Part shown: in pieces, positions 18,986-27,908 of the stretch
Numbering within the stretch: the stretch's first letter is position 1
Layout of the letters: each line of letters opens with the position of its first letter
Origin: a virus
Taxonomy: Duplodnaviria; Caudoviricetes
Direction: 5' to 3' (one strand)
Length of the DNA: 64,000 nucleotides
IMG/VR virus record: IMGVR_UViG_2576861683_000003
Location: 1-64,000 of that record
Program-made: the position numbers and the translations under genes
The notes under the pieces: model-generated
What the model was told of the DNA's origin: nothing
What the model saw: only the letters and a program-made list of their open reading frames with translations
Database searches by the model: none

Positions 18986-19720
18986 CTAATAGTATAATAA
19001 TATTTTACCCTTAAATGAATTATTATTAGTCACAAAAACCCTATTGATATTCCCCACATCGACCACCAAACAGGTTGCAGGAAATCTGGATATCTCTTCT
19101 CCTGCAACGTTTGTTGCCCATTTAATGCTTTCTTTATATCGAATTTGGAGCACATTTCCTTCTCTTCGAATAAAAGTTTCCATCAAAGCACCTTCAAAAC
19201 CATCTTCCTGAATTCCAGCCATACCACCACCAAAAACAAAGGCTAAATCCTTTATGTTCGGTAACGGATAATCCATATTTTCTTTTTGTGGAATAATAAA
19301 ATAATCAACTATTTTCAATATTCCCCAGTTTGAATTATAAACGGTCTTTTTTGTTTTGCTGTTTTTTACAACCAATCCATATTTTTCATTAAAAATATTA
19401 TTGGGCTGATCACCAAACTCATAAATATCAACAACGCCCTGTGAATCATAGCAAGGCTGTGATATATAAACCGCTTTCATTTCGTTATTTAAAATTCTTG
19501 AGGTGATCCGAATAAATGCATGTTTAGGTGATATGGCTAATAATTTTGTATTGGGATGAGGCGGTGTTTTAAACTCTTGGCTATATCCTTCATTATTTGA
19601 TGTTATCCCGCCAGACATTCTTATAGTTCTTTTACCAAGACAGCACATCACTTGGTTATGGCTATCGATCTGAACTTGCCTATTTTCACCGCGGATGATT
19701 ATTCCATATTTACTTTTCAT
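18986..19720 (-). CDS. Tail-tip accessory protein downstream of J
   Basis: Repeated KYG(I/L) beta-rich motifs; position after J. Confidence 0.6.
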   Translation of the reverse strand: MKSKYGIIIRGENRQVQIDSHNQVMCCLGKRTIRMSGGITSNNEGYSQEFKTPPHPNTKLLAISPKHAFIRITSRILNNEMKAVYISQPCYDSQGVVDIYEFGDQPNNIFNEKYGLVVKNSKTKKTVYNSNWGILKIVDYFIIPQKENMDYPLPNIKDLAFVFGGGMAGIQEDGFEGALMETFIRREGNVLQIRYKESIKWATNVAGEEISRFPATCLVVDVGNINRVFVTNNNSFKGKILLYY

Positions 19721-20052
19721 TAATAAACACCATAGTAGAGTTTTATAATATCTTCATATTCACCATCAACTCCATTGGTATACATATTTTTTAATTCAAG
19801 TTTAATAATCCCATTATTTATCTCTAATTTAATATCACCTGCCAATCCCATCAAAAATGCCGAACCAAACCAAGCGAAAACCTTGCCATATTTATTTAAA
19901 TCTTGATGATCAAAAATATACTCTTTTTGAGTATGTAGTGGGATAGGTGTGATATCATGATATCCAACTATTCTTCCTACTCTGTCTGAGGTATTTAATA
20001 AATCCATATCATATAATGTAGACCTAACCAGTACACCATATTTACTCTTCAT
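19720..20052 (-). CDS. Small tail-tip accessory protein
   Basis: Starts MKSKYGVLV and overlaps the J stop; ORF track start is 20145. Confidence 0.6.
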   Translation of the reverse strand: MKSKYGVLVRSTLYDMDLLNTSDRVGRIVGYHDITPIPLHTQKEYIFDHQDLNKYGKVFAWFGSAFLMGLAGDIKLEINNGIIKLELKNMYTNGVDGEYEDIIKLYYGVY

Positions 20053-23000
20053 TGCTGATATCACCAATAATAACAACGTTATTTCCAAACTCATCTTTGA
20101 CATATAAATTTTGTTCTGTGAGGGATGTACCACCATTACCGCCATAAAATTCTAATTTATTATTTTTTACGTCAATAATAAAACCTGACTCGTCGGGATA
20201 ATAATTATCGGAAGTAATGGCTTCTGATAAGACTAAATTTCTGATCATAGCTTTATCAATTAATGCATCTCGAATAAAAAACTGTCCATTTTTTGCTGAC
20301 ATAAACAGTTCCATTCGATTATTTTTAGGATTATAAAAGGCAAAGTTATTGGCATTAAATCCAATATAGGAGGTAATCTTCTTATTTTTAATTTCAGCAC
20401 TCACCACAAGGCCACCAGCATTATATTTAATATTATCTTGGATAATGGTAATGTTCATTGAATGCCTCGCATATCCGCCTGTTTGTGTAAATTGCGCATT
20501 CATCTTTCGACTAACAATACCTGACTGCTGATTAAACTTGGCTTGAACCTGTTGTTGATAAGTTGATTGGGCTTGTGTTATTGAGGAAATGGCTTCTTTT
20601 TGGATAATAATATCCGCTTCCGTATTTTCTATTTGAGTTCGGATATCTTTAATATCTATTTCAATCTGTTCACTGTATTTTTCAAACTTGCGAGATAAGC
20701 GGTATTCATTGTAACGTAGTCTTTTAACCGTGTTTTCATTCCAATCGACAGTTTCACTCAATGTTTTCCATGCTTGGGTTTCTTGTAATTCTTTATCTAA
20801 GGTATCTAATATCTCTCTGGTGTGGCTTTCTGGTTGCCCTATTCCTTCCACAAATTCTGAACGCCCTACTGCGTTTATACTGCGAACATAAATATAATAG
20901 GTATGCCCTGCCTTTAGGTTGCACCCTTGAATAACCCACATCGTACTGACACCTAAATATTCAGCGCGACTTTCCACTTCGCGAATATCCGTGATCTGTT
21001 TTTCTGAAAACCAAAACTCATACTGTGCGCGTAGGCTGTTTTGACCACCAGAACGCGGAATAATACCCAAGCTAAAATAACCTGACTCCACTTCAATATA
21101 ACTCGGTGGTAATGGTGGATTAATCGCGAATGAGGTTGTGGCCACCTCGCCTTTTTGTTTCCGATCATTTTGAGGCACGACGGATAAAACGTAATTTCCT
21201 TGAGGCAAACCACCAAAACGATACATCGTATCCGTGGTTGAGGCGGTGCCGACAATACGATCACTTGTAGTGAGTTTTAATAAAAAGTCTACCCCTCGAC
21301 TGGAATAAGGCGTGTTCCAGCTGGCTTCTACTTGCCACGCACTCGCATCCGATTCGATATCCACAGAAAGGTTTTCAACCGGTGGAATAAATCCACCCAG
21401 TGGCGTATCGGGCTTTGGTTCAAATTTAGCACCTTTATCGACAATCGCCTCTTTTTCGGGTATGTGCTGTACGGCTATAACCGTAAAACTGCCATTACCA
21501 TTATCAGCTAAACTGATGGCACGAAATAGTCGGCGACGTAAAGACGGGAGTGTCAACGTCCAAATTCCTCCCTCGCGTAATCCTAGCGGTAAAGTATCCA
21601 TCTTTATTTGATTAGATGCGGGATAGCTCACTACTTCATAAGATTGTGGATCACCTTGTGCATTGATGAGTGTGACGCTTGATTTACCGCTTTTGGGTGT
21701 GTCGATATTACGATCTAAGGTTAATGTTTGAGAGGTATAATCAATGTGTGTTATGCGTCCACCGATTTGATTATCGGCATAATAATTATCAGCAATTTCA
21801 ATAATATCACCCGGCATATGACGCAAGCCTTCACTGCCGACAGTAAACTCAACTGTCTGTGTCTCTAATTTTTCCGTGGTTAATAACCACAGACCGTGAC
21901 GATGAGCCTGCCCTCTGCTAGTGCAACCAAAGGCATCGACGCGCATCACATTACGCCAAAAACGGGCAATACTGTCATCATCTTCAACCAGCTCAACACT
22001 GGTTTTCCAGCCATTATCGGGATCAATAAAACGAACCTCGACAGCAGTATGACGCGATTTTAATGCACTAAAACTATACTGAAAGTTACCCTCAATCACA
22101 TTGGCGTTGGTATAGGGCCACACCACATCAGACGGTCTATCTTGAATAAAGGTTAATGTTCGCCCATTCCAGACAGGCATAATGCGCATCATGGCACACA
22201 TATCACCCATGACATCATAGGCTTTGCGCATATCCGTAATGTAAGCATTACACGTCATACGGGGTTCTTTTCCACCGAACCCATCATCAACCTGTTCATC
22301 ACAATAACGACCGATTGCATACAGGGCGAATTTATCGACTTCACTGATATTGAGACGTTTCCCCATGCCATAACGCGGATGGGTTAATAAATCCCATAAT
22401 ATCCACGCGGGGTTGTTGGTAAATGCTGGTTTAAAAGTACCATCCCAAATACTTGAATAAATCCGTTTATCCGGATCGTAATTGCTCGGAACCTGAATAA
22501 TACGGCCTTTGATAAGGTAATTACGGCGTGGAAATTTATTGCCAAACTGCTCACTATCAAACATCAATCCCGCAACGGCAGAACCCGGATAGGTTTGTGA
22601 AATATCGACTAATTCAGAATAACTTGACCAAATGGTATTATTTTGAATTTTGTCAGACGTGCTGTCTTGAGTGATACGGATCATGCGCACACTGAATGGC
22701 ACGGGGGGTAAATTATCCAACACAACGGCCATTAAGTAAGGTGAGTTAGAGCGTTTGCCATTAATCGTGACGTTTTTCTCTGTTATCCATGCTCCATTGC
22801 GCTGAATTTGGATTTGTAATTGAACAGAAGTCGGTACGCGATCACCATTATCTTTGGTTTCAACCAGAGCTTGTGTACCAAAGGTTAGACGTAAACGGTC
22901 AATATTGGGTGAGGTAATAGTACGAGTGACGGGGGAATTATATTTTACTTCGATACCCACCGGCACTTCATTCGCAGACGCGGTAAAGCCACTCATTGCT

Positions 23001-23245
23001 GGTTGCTCTAATGTCCCTGCCCGCCATTGTGCATACATTCCATTAATGGTGCTATTGCCAGAGCCGTCTATCACAGGTGTATCATCCAAATAAATACACC
23101 CTAAATCATCCATCGAGCCTTGAATATGAATAGGACCTTCAATCGGTCCCTCACTGATTAAATCAATTAATGAGGCTTTTTGTCGTGATGTTAAATCGTT
23201 TGGTGCCTCATACGGTGTTCTTTGACCGCCACCTGGTTTACCCAT
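20042..23245 (-). CDS. Host-specificity / central tail fibre J
   Basis: Lambda J-like IDLISEGPIEG and NNPAWIL.DLLT.PRYG; DUF1983-like C-terminus. Confidence 0.92.
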   Translation of the reverse strand: MGKPGGGQRTPYEAPNDLTSRQKASLIDLISEGPIEGPIHIQGSMDDLGCIYLDDTPVIDGSGNSTINGMYAQWRAGTLEQPAMSGFTASANEVPVGIEVKYNSPVTRTITSPNIDRLRLTFGTQALVETKDNGDRVPTSVQLQIQIQRNGAWITEKNVTINGKRSNSPYLMAVVLDNLPPVPFSVRMIRITQDSTSDKIQNNTIWSSYSELVDISQTYPGSAVAGLMFDSEQFGNKFPRRNYLIKGRIIQVPSNYDPDKRIYSSIWDGTFKPAFTNNPAWILWDLLTHPRYGMGKRLNISEVDKFALYAIGRYCDEQVDDGFGGKEPRMTCNAYITDMRKAYDVMGDMCAMMRIMPVWNGRTLTFIQDRPSDVVWPYTNANVIEGNFQYSFSALKSRHTAVEVRFIDPDNGWKTSVELVEDDDSIARFWRNVMRVDAFGCTSRGQAHRHGLWLLTTEKLETQTVEFTVGSEGLRHMPGDIIEIADNYYADNQIGGRITHIDYTSQTLTLDRNIDTPKSGKSSVTLINAQGDPQSYEVVSYPASNQIKMDTLPLGLREGGIWTLTLPSLRRRLFRAISLADNGNGSFTVIAVQHIPEKEAIVDKGAKFEPKPDTPLGGFIPPVENLSVDIESDASAWQVEASWNTPYSSRGVDFLLKLTTSDRIVGTASTTDTMYRFGGLPQGNYVLSVVPQNDRKQKGEVATTSFAINPPLPPSYIEVESGYFSLGIIPRSGGQNSLRAQYEFWFSEKQITDIREVESRAEYLGVSTMWVIQGCNLKAGHTYYIYVRSINAVGRSEFVEGIGQPESHTREILDTLDKELQETQAWKTLSETVDWNENTVKRLRYNEYRLSRKFEKYSEQIEIDIKDIRTQIENTEADIIIQKEAISSITQAQSTYQQQVQAKFNQQSGIVSRKMNAQFTQTGGYARHSMNITIIQDNIKYNAGGLVVSAEIKNKKITSYIGFNANNFAFYNPKNNRMELFMSAKNGQFFIRDALIDKAMIRNLVLSEAITSDNYYPDESGFIIDVKNNKLEFYGGNGGTSLTEQNLYVKDEFGNNVVIIGDISNEE

Positions 23246-23259
23246 AATACAAGCTCCTC

Positions 23260-23910
23260 TTAACCACCGTGTTTGCCGGCATCGATATCTTCGCCATCAC
23301 TGTCATCCATAATTTCAACGGATTGTGAAATGACGCGTGAACCACACATAATTTCGCCATACGCAATGGGCACCGGCATCCCTTGAGCAACCGCGTTATC
23401 AAGATTACTAAAATAGGTATTGCCTTTTTCCTCATCGCCACGAGATAAATTAGGGGGTTTAGGCGCGGGGATCAGCATTTGAGCGACACCACCAATCATC
23501 ATGGCTGCACCACCCGCCATCAAAGATGTGGCAACGGTTGCGGAGATCCACGCTGGTCCCCACCATCCCAATGAAAATAAGGCAGCACCCGCAACAAACT
23601 GAAAAACACCGACGTTTTTAGCCCCTGATAATTTAGGCACAATATGGACGACCGCGTTATCAGGTAAGGTTTCATTGAATTTTTGGTGAACTTCTTGCGG
23701 GGAAATATCGGTACCCGCAATACGGACTTGATACCAACCCTCACGAATGGCGAGGCGTAATGCGGGGATTTGAATAAAAAGCGCGTGAAGCCCTTCAGAG
23801 GCAGTATTCACATTTAAATCAAAGCGACGTCCAAATCGTTGCAAATTCCCGTAAAGTCGGAAGGTTGCCAATCGCGGTAACGCCAGATTGAGTGCGTCAT
23901 TCGTTGCCAT
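23260..23910 (-). CDS. Tail assembly protein I
   Basis: LYGNLQRFGRRFDL; AQG.PVP.AYGE. Confidence 0.9.
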   Translation of the reverse strand: MATNDALNLALPRLATFRLYGNLQRFGRRFDLNVNTASEGLHALFIQIPALRLAIREGWYQVRIAGTDISPQEVHQKFNETLPDNAVVHIVPKLSGAKNVGVFQFVAGAALFSLGWWGPAWISATVATSLMAGGAAMMIGGVAQMLIPAPKPPNLSRGDEEKGNTYFSNLDNAVAQGMPVPIAYGEIMCGSRVISQSVEIMDDSDGEDIDAGKHGG

Positions 23911-24551
23911 CGTTCGTTATACTCCTCGCGTTTGCTAAGTTGGTTTGGAATGTGGTGCAAAATTGTTTGATTGCCTAAATAGATCCCCGCGTGGTTGGCG
24001 CGAGAGCTGGCATAACAACACAAAATAATATCGCCGGGTTGGGCTTCTCTTTTTACCTGCCGAAAGCCACTGCTCACCATGTTATCGAGATACAATTCTT
24101 TGCCTTGGCGCCACCAATTATCGTGACGCTCAAAATCAGGCAGATCATGTCCCGCTAAATGGTAAGCATCACGAAACAACCCATAACAATCTGTTGAGCC
24201 ATGAATAAATTGGCGACCTAAGAGATGAGGTACCGGTTGATAGCAGTGAATTTTTTCATCACAGACCACTCACCACGGCAACGCACTGTTCACCTGCAGT
24301 TGTCGATCTAAGGAGCTGAGATAAGGCTGACCATCAGGGTGACTATGTACAACCGCGATCACCTCGCCCTGCTGTTCGGCGCGAATAAAATCATCAAAAG
24401 AAATCGTGAAGTGGTTTTTCGGATCAGCATGCTGATTAACGCAAGGTAAATACTGTTCACCCTGCGCGGTACTTATCAATAAGCCACATGCCTCTAAGGG
24501 CGCTTGCTCTTTTACCTGCGCCAAAATTGCTTGTTCAATCATAAGAAACAC
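23814..24551 (-). pseudogene. Tail assembly protein K (JAB + NlpC/P60), split by an in-frame TGA at 24270-24272
   Basis: EACG..HSHP domain and DCY..HAGIY domain in the same frame, separated by LPW*VVC. Confidence 0.88.
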
Positions 24552-24563
24552 CTTAGGAGGGAA

Positions 24564-25268
24564 TTAACTATTACCAATGCGGGACGTGGAAACAAATGCC
24601 CCTATGCGGGATTCGTTTTTTCGTAACTTGCAGTCACCAAGGCGCTTACCGCATTTGTCTTTTAACGGATCGGTGGTTGGCTTTCCCCATTCATCGGCAA
24701 CAGGAGGCCCTTTATACCCGCACTCTTCAGAGCGATATCCCCAAGGGCAGATATCTGACAAAATCACGCGACCAGGAAGCATTAATCCATCGGTTTCACT
24801 GGGTGTCGCCAACATAAAAGTGGCAGTCACTGAATTTAAACTGGTCATCTGCTCAATGATCCAGCGTGTCACAATTTCTTGTGATGGGTCAGCATTAGGA
24901 TTGCCTTGAGGAAAATTGACCGCATCCAAAAATTGGGTGCTGACAATGCGACGTACCACCAGCCCACCGATTGCACTATCTAACTGACTGGCAATCCCTG
25001 TAATCAGCCCGAATAAATTCGACAATGTAATAGTGGGACGCCCTGAGGGGCCTTTGCCATTAAAGGTAAATCCTTCGCCTTTCACGGGGTAAGGCTCATA
25101 GGTGTTTCCTTGCCAGATTAACGGTTCTTTACGCTGATTGAGTCCATCAAAAAAGCGGTACCGAATACCGCCTATTTTAGTTAAATCAAATTCGTAAAGT
25201 TCAAGTAAAGCATCCGAAGAGGAGAGTTCGGTAACACTAATTCGCATTTCAGGAGGAATATGTTGCAT
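24564..25268 (-). CDS. Minor tail protein L
   Basis: C.WGYRSEECGY.GP and DKCGKRL.DC Fe-S cysteines; ORF track start is 25310. Confidence 0.92.
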   Translation of the reverse strand: MQHIPPEMRISVTELSSSDALLELYEFDLTKIGGIRYRFFDGLNQRKEPLIWQGNTYEPYPVKGEGFTFNGKGPSGRPTITLSNLFGLITGIASQLDSAIGGLVVRRIVSTQFLDAVNFPQGNPNADPSQEIVTRWIIEQMTSLNSVTATFMLATPSETDGLMLPGRVILSDICPWGYRSEECGYKGPPVADEWGKPTTDPLKDKCGKRLGDCKLRKNESRIGAFVSTSRIGNS

Positions 25269-25278
25269 ATTAGATCCA

Positions 25279-25302
25279 ATAAAAAACCCGCCGAAGCGGG
25301 TC
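25279..25302 (-). terminator. Moron terminator upstream of L
   Basis: aaaaaacccgccgaagcgggt. Confidence 0.75.
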
Positions 25303-25470
25303 AGTATCACAATACTTTTTTATATTATGAATAATAGTTTAGGTATGATGAAGATAATATTCATATTTAAATAAATTATGAATTAATATCTTTCATATAA
25401 GAAAATAAATAAATTTAGATTAAAGTATTAATATTTTGATTATATTTTAATTGAATAATTAGGATTGTGA

Positions 25471-25701
25471 TTATTTTATTCTTCGTCTATCGACTGATTG
25501 TAATACACTAAATTTTCTTGCTTGTATAATATTTTCACTTTCTTTTTTATCTTCGTTTTTTAAATATATAAGTTTTCCTGAGTCTTTACTTTTCAACCAT
25601 CTACCATTTAAATCTATAGCGACTTCAGCATATAATGTATCTGAGCTGAGGAGTTTTTTATAGGAAAGTCCTGTATATGCCCATAATTCGGTTCTGTTCA
25701 T
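25471..25701 (-). CDS. 76-aa basic hypothetical protein coupled to the upstream TM-GAF gene
   Basis: Starts 1 nt after the upstream stop, with a GAGGTG RBS. Confidence 0.7.
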   Translation of the reverse strand: MNRTELWAYTGLSYKKLLSSDTLYAEVAIDLNGRWLKSKDSGKLIYLKNEDKKESENIIQARKFSVLQSVDRRRIK

Positions 25702-25702
25702 C

Positions 25703-27100
25703 TTACACCTCGGATTTTAGATCTGTTAGATAGTTATCTTCTTTTTCATTATCATTCAAATTGTAGCTATTTAGTAATTTAGAGTACAGTATTTTCAATG
25801 ACATTAATACTGATAGATTGTGGCACAATGGTTTTATTGTTGAATAATATACTTCTGACTTAATTTCATTTTCTAAGAAATTAACTCTATCGACATAAAT
25901 ATTTATAACTCCAGCTATCTCTTCAAATACGATAGGTATTTCTAATGTATTACAATCAATATCTAATTTTCCAATTGGTACTGACAGTATTGATTTAGTT
26001 CTATCTTTATCTTTTTCATAATACTTACGAATATCTTGTTCATATACTCCTGTAAGATGCTCTCGATATGTGGGAGATTTTTTTAATCGATTAAGGTAAG
26101 TATCAACGCACTCTTGTATGTTCTTTATATAAACTTCACGTGCAGTAATCACGGCTTCCGGTGCACCAAATAAATTGGGATGCTTTATCTTTCCAACCTC
26201 TTCAATGGTAGAGAATGGCATGCAAATTGGATATGAATTACTGTTCTTTCCATTTTTATAACAGTTTGAAAATTGGTATTTTTTATTAAGTTCACAGGTA
26301 AATTGTTGTTCACATATTAAAACATGATCGCAATGTTCTAAGCGAGATTGAAGATTCGATGAAAACAAAAAAAAAGGTGAAGATACAACGGCATTCTTAC
26401 TAAAAATAGAATGATTTTCTTGTTTATAAACATCCTCACTTTGAAATGTATTTAATAATGATGATGTTGGAACTAAAGAAAAAAGATTACTTTTTATCGT
26501 AACATCATCATTTCCTTCTAAAAAACGATGAGTCACTTTTAATATTGATTCCTGCACGGTATCTATAGCACTGTCTAAAGTGTCATTATAACTATTAACC
26601 AGATCTTCATTTCCTAAAATAGAACCCACTTGATGCGTTTCTGCTTGCATTATTTTTCTTAAATCCTGTACACAGGAATTAATAACACTTAGCATATTAA
26701 TACACTGTGTTCCATTTTCATTAACAGCATTATACGAAGCACGAGTTTGGTTTGTTTGTTCTTTATGCTGACTATAGATATAATGCAATACGCTCAATAC
26801 CAAAGCACAAGTCACGGGAATGGCAAAAAAGAGACTTTCAAATCCCCACACTTCACCATCAAACCACTGTTTTTGTAATTGTGTACCAAAAACAGATACA
26901 CTAGATGCCCAGAATATTCCAATAGCTGCTAGTAATAAATGCCCATAAGCAGAGTGAGTCATACTGGCAAGTCTCATTACCCATACACTTCTTTTCTTTC
27001 GTAAGAAAATAACGCATGCAATAATTCCAAATAATATAACAACAAATACTATAATACCCATATAGCCCATTTGGGTATATTTATCACTTAAATAATTCAA
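25703..27100 (-). CDS. Membrane-anchored protein with GAF-like C-terminus (homologue of 8971..10083)
   Basis: Three TM segments; NLFGAP, SILSVPI and GVINIY motifs. Confidence 0.7.
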   Translation of the reverse strand: MNYLSDKYTQMGYMGIIVFVVILFGIIACVIFLRKKRSVWVMRLASMTHSAYGHLLLAAIGIFWASSVSVFGTQLQKQWFDGEVWGFESLFFAIPVTCALVLSVLHYIYSQHKEQTNQTRASYNAVNENGTQCINMLSVINSCVQDLRKIMQAETHQVGSILGNEDLVNSYNDTLDSAIDTVQESILKVTHRFLEGNDDVTIKSNLFSLVPTSSLLNTFQSEDVYKQENHSIFSKNAVVSSPFFLFSSNLQSRLEHCDHVLICEQQFTCELNKKYQFSNCYKNGKNSNSYPICMPFSTIEEVGKIKHPNLFGAPEAVITAREVYIKNIQECVDTYLNRLKKSPTYREHLTGVYEQDIRKYYEKDKDRTKSILSVPIGKLDIDCNTLEIPIVFEEIAGVINIYVDRVNFLENEIKSEVYYSTIKPLCHNLSVLMSLKILYSKLLNSYNLNDNEKEDNYLTDLKSEV

Positions 27101-27131
27101 AGTTTACCCTTCCCTGTTATTTAAATAATGA

Positions 27132-27437
27132 TTAAAAATATGTTGGTTGATACTCTACTTTTATCTTATCTCTTAAAATATTATCTGTAGTTTCTATGAC
27201 TAACCGCCAAATAATTTTATTAATTGATAAAACAATATCGATATCGTATTCATTTCCACATTCGTCATAAATACAACTCTCTTTTATTATGGAATTAAAA
27301 ACATTACCATCATTAGATATAGTCAGAGAAGGTATACAAACAATTGACACCTCTATATCATTATTATAAATAATAAAATATTCACCATATATAGTCGGAG
27401 AATATTTCTCACCTATTAATTTAAATTTAATATGCAT
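27132..27437 (-). CDS. Hypothetical moron protein
   Basis: 101-aa AT-rich ORF with GAGGAG RBS. Confidence 0.6.
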   Translation of the reverse strand: MHIKFKLIGEKYSPTIYGEYFIIYNNDIEVSIVCIPSLTISNDGNVFNSIIKESCIYDECGNEYDIDIVLSINKIIWRLVIETTDNILRDKIKVEYQPTYF

Positions 27438-27551
27438 TCTCCTCGCTAATTTTTAATTGATGGTACTTTAATAATTTATAGTTAATAAAAAAATCATTTT
27501 CCTCTTCTATTCTTTATTTTCAGACTGATTACACAGTAATAATTAATTTTA

Positions 27552-27908
27552 TTAATTTACCACTTGTTCAAATTCAGCTTCAATTTCACTGCGCATTAGT
27601 TTGACTTGTTCTGACCATTTACGGCAAATCACCTTGATAAAGTCAGCTTGGTATGGAGGTTGCCAAAGAAAGGCTTTAACACCTTGATGTTTTGCTAAAA
27701 AACGATCGATTTCTTGTGATTCAGCATGTGTCGATAGAAATGTGACATGATATTTGACTGTATTAGAATTTAACCCGTCAGGTCGTCGTTGTTCATAACT
27801 CTCCCCCAGTTTTACCGATTTTACTCTAGGTTCAGATACTTTGGTCATATCAGGCTTCACTTTCCATTTAAAAACGTCCATATATCTCCTACATTCCACC
27901 ACCATCAC
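27552..27908 (-). CDS. Minor tail protein M
   Basis: YEQRRPDGLN, AFLWQPP, AEFEQV. Confidence 0.9.
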   Translation of the reverse strand: MMVVECRRYMDVFKWKVKPDMTKVSEPRVKSVKLGESYEQRRPDGLNSNTVKYHVTFLSTHAESQEIDRFLAKHQGVKAFLWQPPYQADFIKVICRKWSEQVKLMRSEIEAEFEQVVN

